This document shows positions 21,735-33,884 of a stretch of 64,000 nucleotides of DNA, in pieces (position 1 is the stretch's first letter; each line of letters begins with the position of its first letter). Location: contig JAUFOR010000002.1 in assembly GCA_040285745.1 (NCBI GenBank), positions 2,046,001 to 2,110,000 of the forward strand. The letters run 5' to 3'. A program made the translations under genes and the position numbers. The stretch is from Barthelona sp. PCE. Taxonomy: Eukaryota. The notes under the pieces were generated by a model. That model made no database searches. It had not been told where the DNA came from and saw only the letters and a program-made list of their open reading frames with translations.

Positions 21735-24700
21735 ATGGTATTAGTACATAAGGGTGATGATGGATGTGCGTATATTAAGAAACTAAACACTGAAACTGGA
21801 GAAAATGATAAAATCTACCTTGACCAATCAGAAGAGTTCTTGGATATTTACTGGGTTTCGAAAGATGAAACAATTATAGCCACAGTTCACTCGTCCTGCA
21901 TCTGTGTGTACCAGGTTGATATAATGATGCCTTTATGGACAATTCCCATTTCAGGAACAGTAAGGATAGGGTGTTTAAGTTCTAATGGAAATATTCTTGC
22001 ATATCAAGAAGGTGATGAGTATTATTCCGTTGTATTAACCAGCACAAACCATATTTCAAAAGTTAATTTTCCTCAAGGAAACAGGTGTTGGGTAAACTCT
22101 AATTGCTTGTTTATTCAGAAGGGCAACCAGTTCCATAAGTTTATCCACGGTGAAAAACGGGCAGCTCTCACCATAGAAGGTGATGTTATGGTGCAGGACA
22201 GGGATTGTGAAATGTACATCATACGTTGTTCTTCAACTGCTGTTCAAATCATCAACGATGCAAGTATTTGTGTGAACACATTTTCGAAAGTTCAGGCACC
22301 TACACCTATTAAATATGCTGATATATCAGAGAAGTATCTTGCTTTTGGTAACGCATCAGCGTTTCAGGTGTACGACAGACAATCACATTCCGTGATCATG
22401 AATATTGATGGCTTAAGTAACATGCAGTCTGTTTGCATATCACCAGATGAAGAATTCATATTCTCCATTGTTTTGAACGATGTCTACATATACAAAATTG
22501 GATCATCTCACAGCTCTGTAGCAGTTATTCCTACTGAGTTTGTTGGATCAGCTACTGTATTTGAAAAACTCGGAGATGGTTTAAAATTGATTAAGAATCC
22601 ACTAAATTCTCTTTTTTACAACCACTACAAGCAAATTTATTATCAGAAGGACTATAAAGTACTTGAAGTTCAACATGGTTGCTTACTGTTTTTAAGCACA
22701 GAAGCTTATGACATGACAGAATCCAGGTGCAGAACTAAAAAGTATGAGAAGGATCGAGAAAATTCCACTGTTTCTAATGTATCACAAATATATGATCTAT
22801 ATAAGATTGAATTCGAAGATGGAGCCACAGTGCTGCTTGAGTGGAGTCATGATAGTGGATTTGGTCGTTCCACAGTGTGGGTTAATGAAAGTGTAATAGT
22901 TGATGAAAACAACAGTATTGCAAGTTTATACTTTGTACTGAACGAAAAAGAGCAACAATGCAACAAGCTTGCCCACCAAAAGGAAGAAGCTGATGCCTTA
23001 CTTAAAGAACAGAAGCTACATCACGCAAATCAACTTTCCAACCAAAGGGAAGAAACTGACATCTTACTCAGAGAACAGAAGCTACATCACGCAAAGCAAC
23101 TTGCCAACCAAAGGAAAAAGACTGACATCTTACTCAGAGAAAAAACATTGCTGTGTGAAAAGCTAACGTCTGAAAAAGAAGAAATGGACAGGAAGTTTAG
23201 TATTGTTTACAATGAACTGGTCAAGCATATCCCTTGTTTGGATGTAGAGACTTACAAAAAACTATCGATGCATTTTGATGACTGTGCTAACGAAATGCTG
23301 CAGCTGGAGGTGCCTCCTGATGACCTTTTCGTTTGGTTATCATCAAACCCAACAATTGAACAGATGTATCAACGCATGAATAAGATACAAGTTGCTATTG
23401 AATTTATTAGTAGTATGAATGCAATAGTTTCTAAGTATGATATCAAAGAAACATTGAGTTCAACTTTTACATCTCACTTCATGGTACTTTCTCCGATCAC
23501 AAAAGCGTTAAACGAAAATCTTTATAGTTCTAAGCTAGATGAATTTCAACGTTTCGATTCCTATTTTGATAAGCAACTCAAATACCAGGAAAAAAATTGG
23601 AATCAAATCCAAGACACCATGAAGAAACTCATCAGCAAACATATTGATTTAACTAATGATGCGAAAAAAGTGAAGCAGATTGTTAAGCAGATTTCAGATT
23701 TCAGAAAAGCCGTGTCCAACTGTGGACTGCTTGTTCATCCAATAGAACACACTGATCTCAATTTGCTCAAGGACAGAATGAAGCAACACCTTCAAATGAA
23801 TATTGTTGATAGCTGTTTCAAATCAGCGAAAATGAGTTTGATTGTATCATTGAATGAAAATAAGGTGCTTCTGGATTCATTAACAGATGAATTTTCTCTT
23901 ATATTTTATCTAGAGGCAACTTTAAAAGAGAAAATAGTTCCCAAATTCCAAAACTGTAATAGATATTTGAATGGGGAGTTAGTTAACCTCAACTTATTTA
24001 ATGAGATTTTCGTCAGAGACGATCGTATTATCAAATGCATATGTGTGTCAAAAAAATTGAACCATAAGCGTGAAAATAACATAAAAGTATTGGAAAGGGA
24101 ATTAAAGGTGATGAATATCAACCAGCCTATCTCAGCCAGTCTCAAAAATGTTTTCATGATTCCAGAAATTTTTGATGGCTTAGTTTCATTAAATTACGTC
24201 TGTTTTGAGTTTGATCGTGCACCCTATAATCTTGAGCAATATTTAAGCAAGTTTCAGAATCTTGATATCTCCACTATGAATTCTCTAGCTCACCAACTTG
24301 TGCTCTGTGCCTATTCAATTCACTCAAACGGCGTCTTTCTACTTGATGTAAGGCCCAGTAGCATTCATGTTAGCTGTAATGTGGATGGATCGAATCCAGA
24401 GCTGAAGTTGTGTGATTTCAGTTGCTGCTTGTCAAACGCGATTGACAATATCAACGTGTCTGATATGGTAAACTATATTGCTCCTGAACTGTCGAATGGG
24501 CAGAATCACACCTTCCTGAGTGACATTTTCTTACTTGGAAGAACAATGGCTTATATTTTTGCACAGGATAGAACAGATATCACTCAGCTTGTCTTATCCA
24601 AAGACTGTGTACATTCTGAAATCATCCAGCGCTGCCAAGCCCAAGATCCTCATCTAAGACCAACCATTTACGATCTTAACTGTCATGAGTGGCGCACTAT

Positions 24701-26027
24701 TGCACCCGTAAAACAAGACCGTCTCACGCTCATCCATCGCCAGATCAACCAGTTCATCGTCGGCAAGCAGGCTCTGTTACGTGACAATAATCAAAAAAAT
24801 AATTTAGTGTACAGACAGACAAATGAATCATTTGAAGAATTTTTCACAATAGTTTTCAGTAGCACCAATTCTTTCATCGATGGAACGGATTATTTAGGTG
24901 CCTTCATTTGTTTGAAAGGTATGAAGCAGCTCTCAATAGTTCAATTCGTGGATCACATTTTTAAGCATCGATCTTTACCGCAGATCAATACAGAAATGCC
25001 TGATGATCTCATTTTGGCCATGTGTGGGTTCCTGTATTGCTGCTTCGTGTTTCAGATATCTGTTGACGAATCACAAGTCGGTCATTTCCTGCTGAATGCT
25101 ATCAGCGATGACTTCGACAAGCTTTCTGATGCAAATGTCATCCACAGGGTGTTCCCAAACGAATCTTTAGCCATTCTCAACATTATGAATAGCGAGAACC
25201 TGAACTTCAATTATTTCGGTGGTAAGTACAAGCTGGTTACAGCTAACAATATTGATGAATTCCTGCAGTTCGCCCGTGAATCCGCATCTGAACCATGGGC
25301 GGAGCTGTCGAAGAGGGTAAACGCCACATTCAACGGATATGAGCTAATATCGCAGCTTGGTGTCACGCTCACGTTCGCTGAAGTCAAAACTATGATGTGC
25401 GGCCCCCCTCGTTTCACCGCCGAGCAGGTACTTGCCACCCTGGAATTCGATGGTAGTGTGCCTACCAACGTGCGTGAAGCTCTTGCCGAAGTATTTCAGG
25501 AATTTGATTCTTTAGAAATGCTTCAGTTCGTTTATTGGCTCAACGGCTCGCCCAAGCTGAATTCCTTTACCGTCATTCTGCATCCAGAAGACACCATGTT
25601 GCCGTCTGTCGCCCTTTGTGACCACACGTTGAGGCTCCCGAACAGCGTTTTGCGCGTGCGTGAAGGAATCCCTCTCGCCATCCGCGGCATCCTCCCAAAC
25701 GAGTTCAAGCTCTTTATCACGCAGCGCCTCTCGCAATGGACGCAGGACGACGTAGACAAGATCAACAACCGTTTGTATAACGCAACCTTGATTACTATTG
25801 AGTTTAACAACATTCCAGGTGTGCCGTCTGTGCGCGTATGTCCGAATTGCCTGACACCCATAGAGCACGGTGGAGCGTGTAAGAGCATGAAGTGCTTCAC
25901 GTGCGCTCGCGATTTCTGCTTCTCGTGCCTCTCATCTAACTGTGGGCATTTTGGTCGGTGCTCCGTTGCCCCGGTACAAAATGTCACCCTCAAGCAGGTG
26001 CAGGAACGCATGCAGCAATTTCAGTGA
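21735..26027 (+). CDS. Multidomain protein: beta-propeller, coiled coil, pseudokinase, HECT-like, RBR RING2-like Zn finger (paralog 2)
   Basis: Collinear with paralog 1 (YADISE, FEDG..LLEWS, RAPY.LEQYL, DFDKLSDA, VPSVR.CP); kinase loop LLDVRPSS; HECT LPSVALCDHTLRLP. Confidence 0.8.
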   Translation: MVLVHKGDDGCAYIKKLNTETGENDKIYLDQSEEFLDIYWVSKDETIIATVHSSCICVYQVDIMMPLWTIPISGTVRIGCLSSNGNILAYQEGDEYYSVVLTSTNHISKVNFPQGNRCWVNSNCLFIQKGNQFHKFIHGEKRAALTIEGDVMVQDRDCEMYIIRCSSTAVQIINDASICVNTFSKVQAPTPIKYADISEKYLAFGNASAFQVYDRQSHSVIMNIDGLSNMQSVCISPDEEFIFSIVLNDVYIYKIGSSHSSVAVIPTEFVGSATVFEKLGDGLKLIKNPLNSLFYNHYKQIYYQKDYKVLEVQHGCLLFLSTEAYDMTESRCRTKKYEKDRENSTVSNVSQIYDLYKIEFEDGATVLLEWSHDSGFGRSTVWVNESVIVDENNSIASLYFVLNEKEQQCNKLAHQKEEADALLKEQKLHHANQLSNQREETDILLREQKLHHAKQLANQRKKTDILLREKTLLCEKLTSEKEEMDRKFSIVYNELVKHIPCLDVETYKKLSMHFDDCANEMLQLEVPPDDLFVWLSSNPTIEQMYQRMNKIQVAIEFISSMNAIVSKYDIKETLSSTFTSHFMVLSPITKALNENLYSSKLDEFQRFDSYFDKQLKYQEKNWNQIQDTMKKLISKHIDLTNDAKKVKQIVKQISDFRKAVSNCGLLVHPIEHTDLNLLKDRMKQHLQMNIVDSCFKSAKMSLIVSLNENKVLLDSLTDEFSLIFYLEATLKEKIVPKFQNCNRYLNGELVNLNLFNEIFVRDDRIIKCICVSKKLNHKRENNIKVLERELKVMNINQPISASLKNVFMIPEIFDGLVSLNYVCFEFDRAPYNLEQYLSKFQNLDISTMNSLAHQLVLCAYSIHSNGVFLLDVRPSSIHVSCNVDGSNPELKLCDFSCCLSNAIDNINVSDMVNYIAPELSNGQNHTFLSDIFLLGRTMAYIFAQDRTDITQLVLSKDCVHSEIIQRCQAQDPHLRPTIYDLNCHEWRTIAPVKQDRLTLIHRQINQFIVGKQALLRDNNQKNNLVYRQTNESFEEFFTIVFSSTNSFIDGTDYLGAFICLKGMKQLSIVQFVDHIFKHRSLPQINTEMPDDLILAMCGFLYCCFVFQISVDESQVGHFLLNAISDDFDKLSDANVIHRVFPNESLAILNIMNSENLNFNYFGGKYKLVTANNIDEFLQFARESASEPWAELSKRVNATFNGYELISQLGVTLTFAEVKTMMCGPPRFTAEQVLATLEFDGSVPTNVREALAEVFQEFDSLEMLQFVYWLNGSPKLNSFTVILHPEDTMLPSVALCDHTLRLPNSVLRVREGIPLAIRGILPNEFKLFITQRLSQWTQDDVDKINNRLYNATLITIEFNNIPGVPSVRVCPNCLTPIEHGGACKSMKCFTCARDFCFSCLSSNCGHFGRCSVAPVQNVTLKQVQERMQQFQ
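22965..23145 (+). repeat. 63-bp (21-aa) coding tandem repeat, about 3 copies, in coiled coil
   Basis: LAHQKEEADALLKEQKLHHANQ / LSNQREETDILLREQKLHHAKQ / LANQRKKTDILLRE. Confidence 0.85.
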
Positions 26028-26199
26028 TTGGTAGTTTTTAACCATCACAAATTTTCATAACTAATTAGTAAAACATTCCTTTATCACAAAGTAGCCCTGA
26101 TCACGTGGATCTTGTGATTTTGTTTTAACAGAAATGGGAATAGAATCATATGTGATGGTAAATCTTTTCTATCTTTGTTCAGTATGATTCTCTGGTGAT

Positions 26200-27435
26200 A
26201 TGTGTAAGGAATCCCCTTTCAGTGTCATATTACACCAAGAAACGCCTCCAAAATCGGGCTTTTTACAAAATTTGTATCAGTTTTGTATGGATACTCCAGA
26301 TTGTGTCGTTTCTGACGTTAAAATCATACAAAAGCTTATCGAATGGCTGGGACTAGACTTATTCAGGGACAATGATACGATACAGTACTATTTAACTTTT
26401 GTATTAACCCAGTTGAGCATGTGTTCTACATTTATCGATTTGAATGAAACGCACGCTTATGTAATTAATGAATTGGTCGATGCAACAGCTCTAAGATGGG
26501 CTCGATCATGCCGTATTCTAGACGAATCTTCTATTGTTGTATTTTCTCAGATACTTTGGCTGATTTACAATCTTATGAGGGATAAATTGGTTATAAAAAA
26601 TGATCTTCAATATTTTATGGTCTATTTCATGGACCAAATTATTGCTGTGGAAAATGAAAAAATTTTTTTTTTCTATCTGTGGTTTCTTTCAGGTTTTTTG
26701 TGCTGTAACCCATCAGAAACGTGCTGCTTGGAGCATATTATGGCAATTTCTTCATTCATTATGAGTTGTTTTACGAAATATGAGGGAAAACTGCAATCTG
26801 AGGTTTTGAAATGTTGCATAGATCTCATGAAGAACGTAATGCGGGGAGATATCCCGTCTACAATTCATGACAACCTCGAAAAATGGTCGGAAACTGAACT
26901 CATTCCGTTTTTGATCGATAATTTTAATAGTTTTGATTGTGAAAAGGAGCAGTTGTGTCATCTGTTTTATACAATGATTGGCTTATGTACCGAGCAGATG
27001 TGGAAGTTCGCCAGCGCCCTCATGGGATGCAATCTTAATGAAGAGAGCCAATCATATTTTTTTTGCGGTATTGCAAATTTAATCAGGCAAGATACAGCAG
27101 TATTTCTTCTGTACAAGCAGTTGATTTTTTCCTATATCCTTGAAACATGCGCTCATCATACATCAAGAACTGTTTCTGTAACTTTTTCCTGTTTTATATC
27201 TGCTTTCTCCTGTGTCAGTTCCAAAGATCATCCACTATTCTGCACACTGGTTCAGTACGCAATCAGTGTCATGTCAGTCATTGAAACCTCCCTATCGCAG
27301 TGGAACAAAGAATTTGATGATTTGATGGAAATTGTTAAAAATCACACAGAGTGTAGTGGGACGTTTTTAGAATCTATACAATTTTTGAAAGCCAACTCTC
27401 ATCTTCTCCGTGAAAATAAGCAAATTTTTCATTAA
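26200..27435 (+). CDS. Hypothetical alpha-helical (ARM/HEAT-like) protein
   Basis: 411-aa helical ORF; true start uncertain. Confidence 0.6.
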   Translation: MCKESPFSVILHQETPPKSGFLQNLYQFCMDTPDCVVSDVKIIQKLIEWLGLDLFRDNDTIQYYLTFVLTQLSMCSTFIDLNETHAYVINELVDATALRWARSCRILDESSIVVFSQILWLIYNLMRDKLVIKNDLQYFMVYFMDQIIAVENEKIFFFYLWFLSGFLCCNPSETCCLEHIMAISSFIMSCFTKYEGKLQSEVLKCCIDLMKNVMRGDIPSTIHDNLEKWSETELIPFLIDNFNSFDCEKEQLCHLFYTMIGLCTEQMWKFASALMGCNLNEESQSYFFCGIANLIRQDTAVFLLYKQLIFSYILETCAHHTSRTVSVTFSCFISAFSCVSSKDHPLFCTLVQYAISVMSVIETSLSQWNKEFDDLMEIVKNHTECSGTFLESIQFLKANSHLLRENKQIFH

Positions 27436-27532
27436 CCTCACATTTGTTGATTGTCAAAGAAACAGTATAAACTTAACTGAAAGATTTCCGCAGTTAAAAA
27501 AATTATGAATAGATCGCTTTACTCGTTTTGGA

Positions 27533-28839
27533 TTGTTAACGTTGACGCAAGACACATTAACTGTGATGTTCAATGGTCCTAGGTGCACTATAGTCCATGT
27601 AGAGAACGGAAAGGCAATGATATCTTACGGCAAGATAAAATGCTCAAGATTACTTTGTGATAGTTTCAAGCACATAAATTTTAATGAGCTTTCATTTCAT
27701 GACGAAGGCTGTGTTTTTTATGGTGTTTGTTACAATACAGGTGCCTACGGTCCAATTAAGTATCGAAGTGTTGGCAGTGAAATTTTCCATTTGGACTTAT
27801 TGTGGCCGGAAATGGTCTACTATGATGGAATAGCACTATTTCCAAGCAATAACAATGAGAAAAGACAAGTTTTTATCTACTTAAAGGAGAATAAGGTAAT
27901 AGTACTTCATAATGTGAGTAATAGTAGAGATGATAAAAACGATTATTCCCAACTCTTTACCCATCCAACTTATGAAAGTCTTGTTGTTGTTGCACTGAAA
28001 TCTGGCAAAGAACTTGTCAAATTTAATTGGGAAGATTCAGAACCAGTCATATGTGAATATGAACAAGGTGGACGGATATGCTTAAACTTTATTCTTGGAT
28101 TGCCACTCAGTGTCGACTATTGTGACAATCACACCTGTCTTTTATATCTGGGCAATACCGTGATTTTGGACCTTCCAGAGGGTCAATACATTAACAGTAC
28201 GTATAATTCCCTCAACACATCAACATGTATACGTTGTACAAATGCAGTACATTTTTTTCAGTTCATCATCGACGGAAATGATGTATATATTCAAAAACAC
28301 ATTACATTTGATAAGGAAAAAAGTATTGCTTTCCATTATAATCCACGTACACTTGTACAATATGCGGATCATCAACTTTTTGTTGAACATAAATACGTTG
28401 GAGGTTTGGAAATACAGTATTTACACTGTCTAAATTGGTCAACGAAGAGCTTTTTGGAACCTATAGAACTATATAAATTCCATAAAAAGGATAATACTGA
28501 AGAAGGTTATCGTTTTCGCAGTTTTGTGGGCGATTCATACATAAGTCACCAAAGGCGTTCTTAAAGTATCCATTGAAGATGGTGATTGAAAAAGAATATT
28601 TTTTGAACAATGAAGCCCCTAAGAAATCTTTCAACAATAATCTCAATATGAATCTACCAAACAATGTTCTACAGTCAGCAAGCTATGAAGAAAACACCAA
28701 AGAAATTATTTTAAAAACGTACAACATTGAGAAAGATCCAGAGTCAAAAGAACCAGAGATTACAACTTTTAATGTTCGCTCCTTTCTGGCAAAGGTATCA
28801 ATAATTGAATATCACATGCCAAATCATAGTGAATTTTAA
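27533..28839 (+). pseudogene. Frameshifted hypothetical beta-rich protein (ORFs 27533-28564 and 28573-28839)
   Basis: Adjacent ORFs in different frames 8 nt apart with similar composition; real lesion versus sequencing error not resolvable. Confidence 0.45.
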
Positions 28840-28866
28840 AAATGAGTAAACAATCATACTAACTAT

Positions 28867-29805
28867 TTATTCCATCATCCATCTGTCCCACATCTCATCG
28901 CCAAACATTCCGCTGCCTATTCTAGTTCGATATATGTACTTTTTCTTCAAAGAAACATTATATATGCAAGCAGATCTTTGTATCATCCCAGCATACCATG
29001 TATAATATGGTGTTAAGAGAACAAATAAAAAATAAAAAATTGGGCTAAACCAAGGAATCGATTTATGTGCAACAAACGCATTCTTCAAATCCTTTCCCCT
29101 GATGAATTCACGCTTAGTAATAGTAGAATTGTATTTTTGCTTCATTTTATATAATAATTTTTTTTCGTAATCTCGACATTCATCATCTAATGGAGCGATG
29201 TTAATATGAGGACAAACAATACAAATGGGCGCACAAGTGGGCACATCAAACACTGTTTCATCAACAATATCCAGAAACTCAGATTCAACACTAAACAAAC
29301 GACCTTCTTTATGAAAATGAAAGTAGAACTGAATTTCCTTCCATTCTTTAAATATACTCTCTGTTTCTTCAACAGTTAACTTCTCAAGTGTAGACTTTGC
29401 TGTCCGTGTTACACATCTAAATATAAACAGCAACAAAAACCCTATAAAAATCAGTGCCTTCTTCCCATCCGCCACATTTCTTCTGTATGGATCATGAAGA
29501 AGACTGGAAATGTTTAATCCAACAATAATAGGGAGATCCAGTGCTATTGCACGAAAAACAATGAAAAAAGATGACTTTTCTTTGTCATTCATAACGCAAA
29601 CAACAATATTATATATAAAAGATACATATAAATATACTATAGAACCAGATATCAACCACTGACCCACAATACCGCTATAAAACAAGTTATTTGAAAAAAA
29701 AAACATATTTGCGACAGGTACAAGGTATGCCACTGCGCTGAGCACAAAAAGAGGAAAATTAATATGTGCCTCAGTCAAAGAATTATCTGGATTTAAGAGA
29801 GACAT
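28867..29805 (-). CDS. Multi-pass membrane protein (TMEM151-like C-terminal half)
   Basis: Four N-terminal hydrophobic helices, soluble beta domain starting IQFYFHFH, then PWFSPIFYFLFVLLTPYYTWY. Confidence 0.5.
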   Translation of the reverse strand: MSLLNPDNSLTEAHINFPLFVLSAVAYLVPVANMFFFSNNLFYSGIVGQWLISGSIVYLYVSFIYNIVVCVMNDKEKSSFFIVFRAIALDLPIIVGLNISSLLHDPYRRNVADGKKALIFIGFLLLFIFRCVTRTAKSTLEKLTVEETESIFKEWKEIQFYFHFHKEGRLFSVESEFLDIVDETVFDVPTCAPICIVCPHINIAPLDDECRDYEKKLLYKMKQKYNSTITKREFIRGKDLKNAFVAHKSIPWFSPIFYFLFVLLTPYYTWYAGMIQRSACIYNVSLKKKYIYRTRIGSGMFGDEMWDRWMME

Positions 29806-30139
29806 ACTGAAAAATTTTTTTAACAAATTATTTAATGTTGTTCCTAATATTCTAAGTGAATTCGAACCTAAAATATGCCTTTAAGGTAAAGTTCCCTGTT
29901 AAAAGCGTAAAAAAGTATTTTGCAACACAAAGTTAATAAATCGTGTTCTCAACTGAATCATTCGCAACAAAATTCCATTAGTTCTCTAATTTACAAACAA
30001 TGTATACAAAAAAGAAAGTACAAAACCTACTGCTTCTGCTATTATATCTCCGTAAATTGTTATGTTCACCCCGCCATTGGTTCTCTATTCCAGTGTTAAT
30101 TGCAAAAAGTCAACATTGAGAAATGCTTACCTCTTTCAC

Positions 30140-33100
30140 ATGACAAAAACTTCTGCAAATCGTACAGGGCATATTTCTACTTACAGCTACACAGATCTTA
30201 ATGTAGATGAGTTGTTTAAGATTATAAAAGATATGAGGGGATTCCAAAACCAACAATAATTGAAGATTTGGAGTTAAATAAGACTCCTGCCGGTGAAGAC
30301 AACTTGATTGTCACCGCTACATATGTTAAGGATGGTATACAAATTAAAAAGAGAGTTGATATGGGAAAATTCAGGTTCTACCCTTCCACCAGTAAGACTT
30401 TAAAACACAAACTACTCACTTTGGTCAACATTGATACTCATGACGAGTTAAAATCGACCTACCAAAAACACAATCGGGGGTTCAAGCTTTTTCCAAGCAA
30501 TACCTATTCAATTGAGAGTTGGGTGTATAACATTGTCGATCCCGGGAGAGGTGATGCATTGTTCAATCACCTATCACTTATTAAACGTGTACAACTCGTA
30601 TCAGATTCAGTAGCTTATCGAGTGCAAAAACCAATTCTTTTACCCTGTGATCTAAGAAGAAAATTCGAAGATCTGAAGCATTATGTTATAGACTTGGGTG
30701 GCAGGGTGTCATGGGATGATAAAGACGTCACCAGAGAAATTATGGATGCTATAACCAAACCTTCCGATTCAATTATGCGTAGTGCACGCTTTTTCCTGCA
30801 CTCTTTCTGGGCTAATGTCTACACCTTTGAGTATGATCAAATTGAAATGTTATTTAAATGCAAAAACAGTTGTTTATCAAACAATACCTTTTTTTCAGAG
30901 CTCTACAATCCAGAAGATTACGGGGAACTGGTTAACTTAACCATGAGAGTAGAAGGATATGTAGATGTAGCTGATACTTCTGTTTTTCCATCTAAGAAAT
31001 TCGCAAGAGAACTTAGACTAAGTACTAATCTGTCTGAAAAGAAAAGAGCCGTCTCTGGGATCCCAAAGAGAGGTATGCTGGTCAAATTCGAAACATATAT
31101 GCATCACATCAAAGAATTTAACGATTTTATCACAATGTGGTTGTTTAAGATTCTTATTCATAAAAACATGGCAATTTGTTTGCAGTATGATGCATCCAAT
31201 TTGAATAGACGTGAATCTATCATCATAAAGGTGAGTATACCGGATTTTGGGGATCATGACGTTGATCCGCCTACGCACAATTTTTTTAACGCTGATACAA
31301 TAGTTTTTTTGAAAGATTCTGATGAAGTTACTGCTCTACAGTACCTTGACACGCTTAAGAGATGCACATATGTTGCATTATGTAAGCGAGTTGATACAGA
31401 TAAGCCTCAATACGCAGATCCACCATATCCCAGAACATCAAGATCTGGTAAAAAAGGATATGATATAGCTGTGACTGTGCTAGATTTCCTGGTTAACATG
31501 GATGTACTATCGAGTTATGCGTTACCGACAAAGAGGAAAAATGGTGGATCGCATTCTGATTTTGAACCTTTGTTAATATTAAACGATGTGCAAGAGCATC
31601 AGTTCAAGATAACCTATGTGTTGGATAAAGAAAGAGAAATCGAACTGGAGTTTGTAGATGGAAAACATCCGGTTATAGTTATTGGAACGGATGGTGGTAA
31701 ACCTGAACTTCAATTTATCGAAATGCTCACCCGCCGCTATGAACAGTTCATGCACTCTCCATGTTTCGCGCATGTATCTCATAACATGTTATGTATCATC
31801 AATGGATTTGATATTAATGTGAAAGAAAGTATGAGACCCAGTGGAGAACGTTTTTTTTATCAACTATGCAACGCTATCAACTGGAACGAATTTCGGTCCG
31901 GTATTAACGACAATAGTATTAGGTTAGAAGATAGATTCAACTTATTCCTGAATAATTTTTACAATAATCGTGTTGATTTTGACTCAGAATTTTTTGTTGG
32001 AGCTATACTTCCCATCTGTCTCAGAGAAACATTCGGTAACGGTCATATCCACATGGAGAAGAACCCTATCAACCGTTGGACCAATGGCAAGGAAGTTAAA
32101 TATGTTGATCTGAAGGAGAACGAGAAGGAGAGTAGAAGCAATCCTATGGAGATAGAGCATTTTTTGATTGGGTACGAGAACAGAATACTGCAAGAACTGA
32201 AGAGCAGGGGGAACTCTGCTGGGTATTTGGAAATTCTGGCTGACATGTCCAATATTGATGATCGTACCAAGTTCGAAGAATATGAGGAATTCGCATACAA
32301 GAACGGCAACTTTCCCATTAATGTCATGTTTGAAATGTTGAGCAGAGAAGAAGAGGAGATTAAGTTTTTGGCATTAGTGCAGTCGTTGATTGACCTTCAG
32401 TTGTGGAGGATGTTTTTTCTTGAAGATGAAAACGATCCACTACAACGTGTCCGTTGGCAAGCAACTGAACAATTTGGAAAAGCTATTTGGAATGATGTTG
32501 AACCAAGAGTCTTTGCAGAAAATTTCAATCTTGGAGATGATCTTTTAGAGTGTTGTAACATTTTCCAAGCCTTTATTGAGTATGTGATGTGGATTCAGCG
32601 CTTGGCTTGCTCTGATCACAACATGGTGCAGCATATCCACTTTCAGATAGCTGCACTTTTGAAGTTTTTGACTAATTGTAAGGAATTTAATATCAATAAG
32701 AGTATTGTATATAGATATGCAAGTGCCTTAAGAATATTTACTGTGCGCTATATGTCCAAGAATTATATTCAAGCACAGTCGTTGGTTGCGTTTCTGTTGT
32801 GTGACGTTGATTCAGTTCAGCTATCTAAGTCTGATATCGAATCAACCTTTGTTAATGATGAAGGCCCACTTCATAAGAACTATATCAATTCATTAGATGA
32901 AAAATTCCGCAAACCAATAACTCACCAGGATCTTGAATACATGAAAGTAGTTTTGTGCCACAGTTTCCTCCCTTCAAGAATGAATCCTGATAAAGAGAAC
33001 TCTGTAGATAACATATCTCGGTGCAATTGGTCAAGGAAATGTAGCCATTTTCTTGAAAATGTAAGAGAAAGAGGTGACAAAGTTCAGGGTTTGGTTGGTT

Positions 33101-33693
33101 ATATCGCAAGTGTGCTGGAAGATTCGCGTCATTTCAACTATTCACCAAATGATCCAGTTGATCTTACAATCTCACTTTCTGTGGAGCTACAACAAAATCA
33201 AACACATTCGGGTAATAATTATTTTTCTCTTTTTAAAAATATCTCCCCTTTAAGAAGAAGAAGTAGAAATGCTTCACGAACTGCGTTTGACTTATCTCCA
33301 ATAACACGAAAACTGCCTAGAGTCTCTCCAGAAGTTGAAGAAGAGGAAATGGAATCAAGAAGCGTTAGAAGTGCAATTACGTATCTCAACTGTGCTGCTG
33401 TCGAAACACATTTTAGGAATGAATCTGAGGAAGACAAACACTTTGTGAATTCAGAAATGATCCGCATCGCATTCACAGAGGGTTACACTAAGCTTCCAGA
33501 TTATCTTCATGCAGGTTTCAAGAAGTTCATGCAACCATTTGACAACTGTACGGGCTCCGTAGAAGGTGGATTCAGCGCATTGGGCAATATCATAGGCAAA
33601 CAACAGTATAAAATTAGCGATGAGAAGTATTATTTATTATTTATGGCTAAGCAATGCAAAGGAACTCCCATTATGCCATTTGATAAGATATAG
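30140..33693 (+). CDS. Large hypothetical protein (~1180 aa), probable 1-nt frameshift near 30225-30240
   Basis: ORF 30268-33693 extends upstream in frame (YEGIPKPTIIEDL) and joins the ATG-30140 frame across short A/G runs. Confidence 0.65.
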
Positions 33694-33884
33694 AGCATGT
33701 ACAGCAATAAAGCAACACATAACATACAAAAATAGAACACAGACAACGCACAATTTCATTAAGGGATTTTATACACAACAATGCAGGTATGGGCCAATCA
33801 AAACTTTAATTAAAAAAGATTACCCCATCAGCAAATACGGTTATGGGTCGACTATATACTTGAAACATTTCCGTATTATCAAAG

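Noticed and set aside
26134-26208. Extra 5' exon and intron for ORF 26200
   Set aside because: In-frame ATG and possible donors exist, but no NCTMAY branch motif 12 nt from the AG.
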